DNA of 64,000 nucleotides from an uncultured Spirochaetota bacterium (lineage in GTDB: Bacteria > Spirochaetota > Spirochaetia > SZUA-6 > Fen-1364). The DNA lies in NCBI GenBank assembly GCA_963845535.1, contig CAWJSK010000019.1, forward strand, positions 256,001 through 320,000, in the 5' to 3' direction. Shown piece after piece: positions 32,125 through 42,106 of this stretch (its first letter is position 1; each line of letters opens with the position of its first letter). A program made the position numbers and the translations under genes. Under the pieces are notes generated by a model. That model did not search any database, was not told the DNA's origin, and saw only the letters and a list, made by a program, of their open reading frames with translations.

Positions 32125-32876
32125 ATGAAAAGGATAATCGCGTTTCTGCTTCCCTTGTTCGTTGCCGCGGGCCTGTACTCAGAGTCTCCCCAGGAGATTC
32201 TTGCGCAGTCCGATGCGAAGCGCACCATCGACGACATGAGCTTCGAGGTAACCCTGAGCGCGTACGACGGGAGCACAATCACGGACGCGAAGACATTGTG
32301 GGGATCCCTCAAGATCGGGGCGGATCACAACAGGGTCCTCATGTATTTCACCGAACCCGCATCGGATCGCGGGAGGAAGATGCTGGTGGACGGAGACGCC
32401 GTCTACCTCCTTTTCGTTCGAACAACCAATCCGATCCGGCTTTCTCCGCTGGAAGTCCTCACGGGCCAGGCATCCGACGGCGACGTTGTGCGGACGTTTG
32501 CCCGGGACTATGACGTGGAATCCATGACGGAAGAAACCCGGGACGGGACCCCGGCCTACCATTTCTCTCTGTCGGCCAGGCAATCCGTCGGCGACACGAG
32601 CTACCAGCGCGTACAGCTCTGGGTGGAAAAATCCAGCCTTCGGCTCCTGTACGCGGAGTTCTACGCTGCCTCTGGCGTACTCCTGAAAAAGGCGTACTAC
32701 CGCGACTACCGGCGGGCATGGGGAAGGACTTCCCTTTCACCGTGGAAGTTTTTGCCGGCGATGACGCCACCAAGCGGACGGTCATGACCTTCGACAAGGT
32801 CGGTCGGAAGTCCCTGCCAGAGACGGAGTTCCGGCGCAGCTTCCTGCCGTCCTGGAATCCCGAGGCGCCGAAATGA
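32125..32876 (+). CDS. Outer-membrane lipoprotein-sorting protein (LolA-like), frameshift near 32718
   Basis: Signal peptide; F.EPA.DRG.K.L, RLSP, LWVEK, EFYAASG.LLK; restored frame GKDFPFTVEVF...EAPK* ends in ATGA overlap with the next gene. Confidence 0.82.
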
Positions 32877-34153
32877 GGGTCTTCGTCATTGCGATGGCGC
32901 TGGCGGCTGCCGCGGCGCTTCCGGTGTCTGCGCTTGAAGGCGAGATCGACGTAGACGCGGCGCCGGAAGCTGCACTGGCTCCGACGCAGGGGCCCGGTTC
33001 TCCGCTTGCGCAAGCCGAGGCCACGCGGATCACCTCCCAGCTTGCCCTGAGCGGCCACACCTCTCCCGCTGAAGGGCTCACCCTTTCCGCCACGGCCTGG
33101 GGTCTTCTGGATACGCTGCCTGACTACAACCCGCTGAACGTCCCCGGCAACCGGCTTGCCGTTTCCAGCCGGTTGCTCCAGGCTGACGTGAGCTGGCAGA
33201 TCATCCCTGGCGTTCTCATATGGGACACGGGCAAAGAGATCATCCACCCGTCGTCAGGATTCTTCCGCACCCCTCTGAACCTCATCTCACGCGGGGCGGC
33301 TGGCAACGTGCCGCAGCAGATCCCGGCCGCCGCGCCCCAGTGGGAGGAGGGCTGGATCGGGACCCGCCTTCTCTGGATTGTCGGGGACTTCAGCATCGAG
33401 GACTTCTTCTCACCCCGGCTCGTGTGGTCAAGCGATACAGACAGCGTGCTCGGGTATATGAGCGCACAGCAGGAGGACTTCATCGACCAGCTCCGAATCC
33501 AGGCCCATGTCGCTGGAGTGGATCTGCAGGCGCTCGGGCTTGTTTCCACCGACGGACCGGGGAGCGCCGACCCCGCGGTGCACGCCCAGGCCGGGGCGGG
33601 AGTGGACGCGAATATCGGAAGCCGCGTGACGGTGCGCGGTGAGGTCTCTCTTGCGGATTCGCTCCCGAGGATTGCCGTTGCTGATCCCGCGCTTTTGACA
33701 ACGATCGCGCAATCCGTGCCGTGGGTCGTCAGGGCCCTTGCCGGTTTTACGTGGTCCATCACGACGAAGACCTCTCTCATGGTCGAATATGCCTATGACG
33801 GTCTTGGCTTTGCGGGCGCTGACTACTCGAGCGTCATCCAATACGCCAGGAACAGGCTGGCAAACGGGGGAGCAGGGCCCGACGTTCTGGGCCAGTTCGG
33901 ATCATTCGAGGCCGCGCAACACTATGCGTTTGCCCGGCTGGCAAAGGACATCACCGACCAGCTGACCGCGCAGGGATGGGTCGAAGTGAACCTGCAGGAT
34001 CCCTCCGCCATGGACGGGATCGGCATTACTATGACGAACGACGGGTGGGGCTTGAGCGGCTCAGTGACCAACACCTGGGGCGGAAACGCCACGGAGGCGG
34101 GCGTCTCCCCTTTCCTGTGGCAGCTTGACGTCGAGCTGAAGTTGTTCTTTTAG
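32873..34153 (+). CDS. Probable outer-membrane beta-barrel protein
   Basis: Signal peptide, alternating beta-strand pattern, C-terminal VELKLFF ending in an aromatic residue; operon context. Confidence 0.7.
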   Translation: MRVFVIAMALAAAAALPVSALEGEIDVDAAPEAALAPTQGPGSPLAQAEATRITSQLALSGHTSPAEGLTLSATAWGLLDTLPDYNPLNVPGNRLAVSSRLLQADVSWQIIPGVLIWDTGKEIIHPSSGFFRTPLNLISRGAAGNVPQQIPAAAPQWEEGWIGTRLLWIVGDFSIEDFFSPRLVWSSDTDSVLGYMSAQQEDFIDQLRIQAHVAGVDLQALGLVSTDGPGSADPAVHAQAGAGVDANIGSRVTVRGEVSLADSLPRIAVADPALLTTIAQSVPWVVRALAGFTWSITTKTSLMVEYAYDGLGFAGADYSSVIQYARNRLANGGAGPDVLGQFGSFEAAQHYAFARLAKDITDQLTAQGWVEVNLQDPSAMDGIGITMTNDGWGLSGSVTNTWGGNATEAGVSPFLWQLDVELKLFF

Positions 34154-34165
34154 CGCCGGCATGGC

Positions 34166-35374
34166 ATGCTGATGGAAACGATGCGGAAAATGCAGGCCCA
34201 CTCGCAGCATCGCCTGTTCTCATCCCCATGGCTGCTGTGGCTCGTGTGGATCGTCTGGCTCCCGTTCCTCACTCCGGACATCGTCCAGCTTCTGCAGGGT
34301 CCCGTGGCTCCTGTCTCCGTCGCGGCTCTTGCAGGGCAGGCGGTCTTCGTGGCGGTTTACGCGTTCTGCGCATTCCGCGTGGCCCTGTCCCTCAGCGCAA
34401 GGTCCGGGCCGGAGGCGAGCGCCCGCGTGATGAGCCTCAGGAGGACCGGCGTCACTCTCTTCCTGCTCGCCGCCAGCGTGGCCATCGCGCTCATGGGAAA
34501 ACCGAAGGACATGTATCCGACGAGCCTGTTCATCTTCACCGCCGCCTACGCAGGAACCGCATTTCGCATACCCCGGGCCATCATCACCAACGCGGTGGTG
34601 CTCGCCGCGTGCCTGGCCACGGGCGTATTCTTGGGCTCGTCTTTCTCCGCGCTGTTGCCGGCCGTGTTCGTCATCCCGGTGGTCAGCTTCATGACCATGA
34701 GCTGGACCCGGTCCATCATCGTGGGACGGCAGCTCCATGAGGCGCAGGGGCAGATCGCCCGGCTCGCGGCCGCGGACGAGCGGCTTCGCATCGCGCGGGA
34801 CCTGCACGACCTTCTCGGACAAAAGCTTTCCTTCATCGCGCTGAAGAGCGAGCTGGCCCGCCATCTCATCCCGTCCGCGCCGGACAAGGCGGCGGCGGAG
34901 ATAGCGGAGGTGGAATCCACCGTCCGCTCCACGCTCCAGGAAGTGAGGGAGGCGGTTGCCGGCTACAGAAAGCCGGACCTCGCGCATGAGCTGCGCGCGG
35001 CGGCGGAGATCCTTTCCGCCGCGGGCATCCAGCTCGTGAGGACGGGGGATCCGGACGCGGCAGGCAGGCTTTCCCCAGGACGCAATGAGGCTCTTGCGTG
35101 GGCGGTCCGGGAAGGGGTGACGAACGTCATTCGCCATAGCCGCGCAAAAACCTGCACCATCGATCTCAGGGAAGACGGCCGGAGCGCGGTGGTGGAGATT
35201 TCAGATGACGGAAACGGGGGAGCTGGAGCAGCTCCTGGTGTCTCACGCGGAGGCAGCGGGTTGCGAGGGCTTCACGAGCGCTTCGAGGCTCTGGGCGGAG
35301 AGTGCGACGCGCGGGGCCGGGCGCAAGGCGGCTTTGTCCTGACGGCAACGGTGCCGGCCGAGGGACAGGAATGA
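34166..35374 (+). CDS. Membrane sensor histidine kinase, HisKA_3 (DesK-like)
   Basis: Multiple TM helices, ERLRIARDLHDLLGQ, REGVTNVIRHS, DDG.G, GSGLRG. Confidence 0.93.
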   Translation: MLMETMRKMQAHSQHRLFSSPWLLWLVWIVWLPFLTPDIVQLLQGPVAPVSVAALAGQAVFVAVYAFCAFRVALSLSARSGPEASARVMSLRRTGVTLFLLAASVAIALMGKPKDMYPTSLFIFTAAYAGTAFRIPRAIITNAVVLAACLATGVFLGSSFSALLPAVFVIPVVSFMTMSWTRSIIVGRQLHEAQGQIARLAAADERLRIARDLHDLLGQKLSFIALKSELARHLIPSAPDKAAAEIAEVESTVRSTLQEVREAVAGYRKPDLAHELRAAAEILSAAGIQLVRTGDPDAAGRLSPGRNEALAWAVREGVTNVIRHSRAKTCTIDLREDGRSAVVEISDDGNGGAGAAPGVSRGGSGLRGLHERFEALGGECDARGRAQGGFVLTATVPAEGQE

Positions 35375-35976
35375 TCCGCGTGCTGCTTGCTGATGACCAG
35401 GCAACCGTGCGCGGCGCCCTTGCCGCGCTTCTGCGGCTGGAGAAAGACATCGATGTGGTTGCGGAGGTCGGACGAGCAGACGATGTCCTGGAGGCCGCCA
35501 TCCAGAAAAAGCCGGACGTGGCGCTGCTGGACATCGAGATGCCCGGAGGGGACGGCCTTGGCGCCGCGGCCCGGCTGCGGGAGAAACTTCCGTCCTGCCG
35601 GGTGCTCATGCTCACCACCTTTGGCAGGCCAGGGTACCTTCGCCGCGCCATGGAAGGTGGGGCCGTTGGCTTCCTGACAAAAGACATGCCGGCCGCCGAG
35701 CTTGCGTCCGCAATCCGCAGGGCCGTGGCCGGAGAGCGTGTCATTGACCCGCAGCTCGCCATCGATGCCCTGAGTGAAGGAGACAACCCGCTCACCGAGC
35801 GGGAACGAGACGTCCTTTCCGCTGCGTCCAGCGGGGCCGGGATTGCCGAGATTGCGAAGCAGCTCTTCCTTTCCCCGGGGACCGTGCGCAACTACCTTTC
35901 CCTGGCAATCCAGAAGCTGGATGCCGCAAACCGTTTCGAGGCCGCCCGCATTGCCAGGGAAAAAGGGTGGATCTGA
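35371..35976 (+). CDS. Response regulator, REC + LuxR HTH (DesR-like)
   Basis: MIRVLLADDQ, DIEMPG, LTTFGRPGYL, NPLTERE, LSPGTVRNYLS. Confidence 0.95.
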   Translation: MIRVLLADDQATVRGALAALLRLEKDIDVVAEVGRADDVLEAAIQKKPDVALLDIEMPGGDGLGAAARLREKLPSCRVLMLTTFGRPGYLRRAMEGGAVGFLTKDMPAAELASAIRRAVAGERVIDPQLAIDALSEGDNPLTERERDVLSAASSGAGIAEIAKQLFLSPGTVRNYLSLAIQKLDAANRFEAARIAREKGWI

Positions 35977-35982
35977 GGCGAA

Positions 35983-36888
35983 TCACGCCTTGCGGGACGC
36001 GCCATTTGCCGGAAGCACAGGACGCATTCCCGTCATCCTCGCGGACATCCGGGCCACAAGGGCGCGCGGTGCGTGACGGAGAAAAAACGTCAGAAGCGGC
36101 TTGCCAACGACCGTGACGGGGGCCGGGTCCCGGGACTTGAGCAGCCGCAGCACGGCGTCAGAAACCGTGTGGGGATCAGGGGAGCTCGCAATCGTGCGCT
36201 CCCGGACCTCGCTGACGCCTTGAAGCGCCTCCGCGTACGGCGACTTTTTCTGCATGAAGCGTTCCTGGGGAAGGCTGGTCCGGACGTACCACGGGGTGAC
36301 CACGGCAACCCGCACCCCCGTGCCCTGCAGCTCCATGCGAAGGCATTCGCCGAAAGCCCTGATGGCCGCTTTGCTGGCCGCGTAGATGGATGAGAAAGGC
36401 GTCGGCGCCTCTCCTCTGATTGAGCCGATGAAGATTATCATCCCGCTTTGTTTCCTGCGCATGGCTGGCAGGAAGCCTTGCATGACCAAGGCAGGGCCGA
36501 AAAAGTTGACGTCAAAATGCCGGCGCATGGCGCGGATGGGGATTTCTTCGGCCGGGCCGATGGGGCTTTCGCCGGCGTTGTTCACCAGGAGGTCCACCTC
36601 TCCCGCGGCGCGAACGAGCGCTGCAATACTTTTTTCATTTCCCAGGTCAAGCGCGACATAACGCACCCCGGCAACCCGTTCCTTTGGCGCAAGGCGGCGC
36701 GGGTTTCTGCATGTGCCAGTGACACTCCAGCCCTCCCTGACCAGGGCCTCTGCAATTGCCTTCCCGATCCCGCGGGAAGCGCCGGTGACCAGTGCGCGGT
36801 CTGCGCTTGCACTCGAAGCGCCGGTGACCAGTGCGCGGCCTGCGCTCGCACTCGATGTGCCGGTGACAATCGCCTTGCCGTGCTTCAT
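35983..36888 (-). CDS. Short-chain dehydrogenase/reductase
   Basis: TGASRGIG, NNAG, YAASK; N-terminal 13-aa motif present three times. Confidence 0.92.
   Translation of the reverse strand: MKHGKAIVTGTSSASAGRALVTGASSASADRALVTGASRGIGKAIAEALVREGWSVTGTCRNPRRLAPKERVAGVRYVALDLGNEKSIAALVRAAGEVDLLVNNAGESPIGPAEEIPIRAMRRHFDVNFFGPALVMQGFLPAMRRKQSGMIIFIGSIRGEAPTPFSSIYAASKAAIRAFGECLRMELQGTGVRVAVVTPWYVRTSLPQERFMQKKSPYAEALQGVSEVRERTIASSPDPHTVSDAVLRLLKSRDPAPVTVVGKPLLTFFLRHAPRALVARMSARMTGMRPVLPANGASRKA
36776..36873. repeat. In-frame 39-bp tandem repeat (about 2.5 copies) at the SDR 5' end
   Basis: GAAGCGCCGGTGACCAGTGCGCGG... at 36776 and 36815, degenerate copy at 36854. Confidence 0.9.
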
Positions 36889-38294
36889 GCCATGCAGTCC
36901 AGGAGCGCGCCGAATGCCTTCACGGCCTTGTCGTTGTCCTCTTCTGTATGGCTTGCGCTCACCATGTCCCGCCCGTTCCTGGTGAGAACGCCGTTCGCGT
37001 GGACGATCATTGAATACTCCTCCAATATTCCCCGACGCATCATGATCTCATTCAGCGCGTCGGCTCCCGTGATGGGAACGGCGTGCGGAGCTGTCATCTC
37101 GATGCGGATGATGCCGCCGAAGTTGTACGCGAAAAACCCGCAGCTTCGACCGGCGAACAGCGCGTTGAGCTTGTCCACGTAGTCAGAGGCCGCGTTGAAA
37201 AGACGATCCATGACGCCCGGCTTTTCCAGCTCCACAAACGTGAAATATGCGGCCGCCGCGGAAAGGACCGTGCCCGGAAGCGTCCCCGCGAGGTAGGCGA
37301 ACGGCCGTCCGTCAGGGATCACGCCGGCGCTCGCTGTTTCCATCACCTCCGCTTTTCCGCAGACGGCGCCGCATCCCGGCCAGCCGCTCATGAGCGCCTT
37401 GCCAAGAGTGGTAAGGTCAGGCTTCACGCCGAGAGCGCCCTGCGCGCCGCCCAGCCCCATGCGAAGCCCGGTGACTACCTCGTCGAACACGTACAGCGCG
37501 CCGTGCTTGTGGGCGATCTCGATGGCGGCCTTGTGGAAATCATCCGTAAAAGGGACCAGCCCTGACTCTCCGCCAACAGGCTCGCAGAAGACCGCCGCAA
37601 TTCCGCCGTCTTTCGCGTTGTCCACGAAAGCTTTTTCCAGCGCCTCCAGATCGTTGGGCGGGATCAGCACCGTCAGGTCGAGGATTTCTCCCGGAACGCC
37701 CTGTGAGAGGAACCTGCCGCTTCCGGGGATCTCCATGTCCGTCATGAACGTGTCGGTCCAGCCATGGTAGCCTGCCATGAACTTGGCGACTTTCTTCCTG
37801 CCGGTGAAGGACCGGGCGATCCGTGCAGCCGCGGCGTTGGCCTCCGTGCCTGATGAGGTGAAGCGGACCCTCTCGATGCCAGGGAAATGGCTGATGATCT
37901 TTTCGGCCGCCTTGATCTCCATCTCATCGGAAAACCCGTGAAACCAGGTCCTCTTCCCGATCACGTCCATCATGCTGCGCTTCAGGCCTTCGTGATTGTG
38001 CCCCAGGATGATCGGCCCGCCCGCCAGGATGTAGTCGATGTACTCGTTGCCGTCCACGTCCCACACGCGGCTTCCCTCCCCATGATCCATGAAAAGCGGG
38101 TAGGGGACGCTGGGAGCCCATGCGTGCTCCAGGCCGCGGGGAAGCACTTTTCCGGCTCTCTGGAAGAGCCGGGCAGACGTGGACGTCCTGCCCTGGAGCT
38201 CGTTCAAGGCCTTGTCCCGCCGCGCGGGGTCGAGCTTCCTGACAGGGCGCGCCGCAAGCGCGCGGGTGCGGTCCACGATGTCCTGGTATTTCAT
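36885..38294 (-). CDS. Class III PLP aminotransferase (glutamate-1-semialdehyde aminomutase-like)
   Basis: Start MKYQDI at 38294; DVDGNEYIDY, SSGTEA, YHGW, FDEVVTGLR, PDLTTLGK. Confidence 0.88.
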   Translation of the reverse strand: MKYQDIVDRTRALAARPVRKLDPARRDKALNELQGRTSTSARLFQRAGKVLPRGLEHAWAPSVPYPLFMDHGEGSRVWDVDGNEYIDYILAGGPIILGHNHEGLKRSMMDVIGKRTWFHGFSDEMEIKAAEKIISHFPGIERVRFTSSGTEANAAAARIARSFTGRKKVAKFMAGYHGWTDTFMTDMEIPGSGRFLSQGVPGEILDLTVLIPPNDLEALEKAFVDNAKDGGIAAVFCEPVGGESGLVPFTDDFHKAAIEIAHKHGALYVFDEVVTGLRMGLGGAQGALGVKPDLTTLGKALMSGWPGCGAVCGKAEVMETASAGVIPDGRPFAYLAGTLPGTVLSAAAAYFTFVELEKPGVMDRLFNAASDYVDKLNALFAGRSCGFFAYNFGGIIRIEMTAPHAVPITGADALNEIMMRRGILEEYSMIVHANGVLTRNGRDMVSASHTEEDNDKAVKAFGALLDCMA

Positions 38295-38371
38295 ATGAAG
38301 CCGGAGTATAGGGGAATGCAGCCAGGCTTGCCAGTGCCGCGCGGCGCAGGACGGCTCGCGGCCGGCGGCAA

Positions 38372-38400
38372 TTGTCACACTGCTTGAAAAGAGATATGAT
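38372..38400 (+). promoter_or_regulatory. Sigma70-type promoter of nifJ
   Basis: TTGTCA-17 bp-TATGAT. Confidence 0.65.
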
Positions 38401-38450
38401 GGCTCCTGAAAAGTCCCCCACACCCTTTTAACGAAAGAAGGTCTGCGAAT

Positions 38451-41400
38451 ATGGCCAGGAAGATGGTCACCATCGACGGGAATACCGCCGCTGGTACAGT
38501 CGCGCATGCGACAAATGAAGTCATTGCGATTTATCCAATCACTCCGTCGTCGACCATGGGAGAGCTTGCGGATGAGCTGTCCGCGGATGGCGTAAAGAAC
38601 ATCTGGGGCACGGTCCCGAGCGTCGTGGAGATGCAGTCCGAGGCGGGCGCCGCCGGCGCGGTCCACGGGGCCCTCACCACGGGCGCCCTGACCACCACGT
38701 TCACGGCGTCCCAGGGCCTCCTCCTCATGATCCCCAACATGTACAAGATCGCCGGCGAGCTCACCCCCACGGTCTTCCACATTGCCGCGCGAGCGCTTGC
38801 CACGCACGCCTTGTCGATCTTCGGCGACCATGCGGACGTGATGGCCTGCCGGTCCACCGGCTGGGCCATGCTGTGCTCGAACAACGCCCAGGAGATCATG
38901 GATTGCGCCCTCATTGCGCAAGCGGCAACCCTCGAGTCCCGCATCCCCTTCCTTCACTTCTTCGACGGCTTCCGATCCTACATGGAGATCCAGAAGATCG
39001 AAGAGCTCAGCCATGACGACATGCGCGCCATGATCACGGATGAGCTCGTGGCTGCCCACCGGGCCCGGGCGCTCAACCCTGAGCGGCCCACCATCAAGGG
39101 CACCTCGCAGAACCCCGACGTGTACTTTGCCGGCCGTGAGACGGTGAACAAGTACTACATGGCCGTTCCCGGCATCGTCCAGAAGGCCATGGACAAGCTT
39201 GCCAAGCTGGTCGGCCGCCAGTATAAGCTGTTCGACTACGTCGGCTCACCTGACGCGGATCGCGTCATCATCATGATGGGCAACGGCGCGGAGACCGCGG
39301 AAGAGGCCGCCGAGCACCTGAATGGGAAGGGAGAAAAAGTCGGTGTCCTGAAGGTCAGGCTGTTCCGTCCGTTCAGCCTGGAGCACTTCGCGCAGGCCCT
39401 CCCCAAGTCCGTGAAGGCAATTGCCGTCCTGGACCGGACCAAGGAGCCCGGCTCCCTCGGTGAGCCGCTCTATGAAGACGTACGCACCGCCATCGGAGAG
39501 GCCATGTCGGGCGGGCTGCTGAAGATGAAGGATTACCCCGCGGTGGTGGGGGGCAGATACGGCCTGGGCTCCTACGAGTTCACCGGCGCCATGGCCAAGT
39601 CAGTCTTCGACAACCTGTCCGCCAAGTCCCCGAAGAACCACTTCACCGTGGGCATCAATGACGACGTGACGAATACCAGTCTTCCCTTTGACCCCTCGTT
39701 CTCATCGGAGCCGGAGGGAGTCCATCGCGCAATGTTCTATGGGTTGGGGGCGGACGGGACCATCGGAGCCAACAAGAACTCGATCAAGATCATCGGCAAG
39801 GCCACTGACAATTACGTCCAGGGCTACTTCGTTCTGGACTCCAAGAAGTCCGGCTCCATCACGATCTCGCACCTGCGGTTCGGAAAGAAGCCCATCAAGA
39901 GCACGTACCTCATCAGCAAGGCGAACTTCCTGGCCTGCCACAAGTTCAGCTTCCTCCAGAAGTACGACATGCTCTCCCAGGCGGATGACGGGGCCGTATT
40001 CCTCCTGAACTCCCCGTTCGGGAAGGACGAGGTCTGGGCAAACATCCCCGTCGAGGTGCAGAAGCAGATCATCGACAAGAAGCTGAAGTTCTACGTGATC
40101 AACGGGACCAAGATCGCCGACGACGTGGGGTTACGCGGAAGGATCAACGTCCCCTTGCAGACGGCGTTCTTCGTCATTTCGGGGATCCTCCCGGAAGCCA
40201 AGGCCCTGGAGCTGATCAAGACGGCCATCGAGGACACCTACGGAAACAAGGGACGGGACATCGTCGAGATGAACATGAAGGCCGTGGAGGCGGCCCGCAC
40301 GCGCATCGAAAAGGTGGACTATCCTTCCAAGCCCTCGGGCAGCGTGCACATGCTTCCTTCCGTCCCCGAGGAGGCGCCGGAGTTTGTCCAGAAGGTCACG
40401 GCCAAGATCATTGCCCGGCCGGGGAGAGACGCTTCCGGTGTCCGCGCTTCCCGACGACGGTACGTGGCCCACGGGCACCACGAAGTGGGAGAAGCGCAAC
40501 ATCGCGGAAGAGATCCCCGTCTGGGACGCCGACACGTGTATCCAGTGCGGCGAATGTTCCCTCGTGTGCCCGCACGGCGTCATCCGCATGAGCGTGTATG
40601 ACCCCTCGCACCTCGCGGAAGCCCCCGCATCGTTCAAGTCCATCGACGCCAAGGGCGCCGAGCTCAAGGGCCTGAAGTTCACCGTCCAGGTGTCTTCCCT
40701 GGACTGCACGGGCTGCGGCGTGTGCGTGGCCACATGCCCGGCGTACAAGAAAGTGGACGGCCAGAAGACGGACAAGAAAGCAATCAACATGGCTGCCCAG
40801 CTCCCAATCCGGGACCAGGAAGCGAAGAACTTCGAGTTCTTCCTTTCCCTGCCGGACGTGGATCCCAAGTACATCAAGCGGAACAGCATCAAGGGATCAC
40901 AGCTCATCGCGCCGATGTTCGAGTTCTCCGGCGCGTGCGCCGGGTGCGGTGAGACGCCGTACGTCAAGCTGATGAGCCAGCTCTACGGGGACCGCGCCGT
41001 CATTGCCAACGCAACGGGCTGCTCCTCCATCTACGGAGGCAACCTGCCCACCACGCCGTACACGACACGCAGAGACGGGAGGGGCCCCGCGTGGTCCAAC
41101 TCCCTGTTCGAGGACGCGGCGGAGTTCGGGTTCGGCATGCGCCTGACCTCCGACAAGCTGATGGAGTACGCGCGGGAGCTGATCGACGCCCTGGCAACCG
41201 GTGGGTCCAAGGCCGTGACGAAGGACCTCCTGGACCAGATCAAGAACGCGGACCAGACCACGCAGGCCGGCATTGAAAGCCAGAGGCAGCGCGTCACCGA
41301 CCTGAAGAATGCCCTTGCCAAGAAGGGATCCACCGCGGAGGAGAAGAGACTGCTCGCCGCGGCGGACTACCTGATCAGGAAGTCCGTCTGGATCATCGGC

Positions 41401-42024
41401 GGGGACGGATGGGCGTATGACATCGGGTACGGCGGCCTGGACCACGTCATTGCATCAGGGCGCAAGGTGAACGTGCTCGTGCTGGATACCGAGGTCTACT
41501 CCAACACCGGCGGGCAGATGTCCAAGTCCACCCCCGTGGGGGCCATTGCGAAGTTCGCCGCCGCCGGCAAGCCGATGGGCAAGAAGGACCTGGGCCTCAT
41601 GGCCGTTGCGTACGGAAACGTGTACGTGGCCCGAGTGGCCTTCGGGGCCAACAAGCTGCAAACCATCCGGGCGTTCACGGAAGCGGACGAGTACGACGGG
41701 CCTTCTATAATCATCGCGTACGCGCACTGCATCAACCACGGCTATGACCTGCGCAAGGGGGTGGGCCAGCAGAAGCTTGCCGTGGAGTCCGGCGCCTGGC
41801 CCCTGTTCCGCTACAACCCCAAGCTGAAAGCGGAAGGGAAGAACCCGTTCATCCTGGACTCGAAGGAGCCTTCGGTGGATATCGGAGATTACATGTACAA
41901 CGAGATCCGATTCCGCGCGCTCAAGCAGATCGGGCCGGAGAGGGCGGCTTCCCTGCTCGAGGTTGCGCGCCGGGACGCCAAGGACCGCTACTCGTACTAC
42001 AAGTACATGGCTGACAGGACATAG
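38451..42024 (+). CDS. nifJ: Pyruvate:ferredoxin (flavodoxin) oxidoreductase, split by a +1 frameshift at 40414-40416
   Basis: IYPITPS, EMQSE.GAAG, two 4Fe-4S motifs (CIQCGEC..VCP, CTGCGVC...CP), FSGACAGCGE, GGDGWAYDIG; removing one C from ATTGCCCGGC restores IIAGRGETLP. Confidence 0.95.
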
Positions 42025-42032
42025 GAAAAGGC

Positions 42033-42095
42033 GCGCGGTCCTGGCGCGGCTCTGTCACAGCGTAGCTGTGCGGAAGCCGCGCCAGGCGACCGCGC
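42033..42095. terminator. Long imperfect hairpin between nifJ and the GH29 gene
   Basis: GCGCGGTC-CTGGCGCGGCT-...-CACAGC (loop GTA) GCTGTG-...-AGCCGCGCCAG-GC-GACCGCGC. Confidence 0.6.
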
Positions 42096-42106
42096 CAATC
42101 CTGCCC

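Noticed and set aside
38372..38390. Rex operator at the nifJ promoter
   Set aside because: Only the left half resembles TTGTGAA-N4-TTCACAA, and it is explained by the -35 box
40384..40601. nifJ as two subunits or a programmed frameshift
   Set aside because: No slippery heptamer and no SD for the second ORF; removing one base restores the canonical single-chain enzyme
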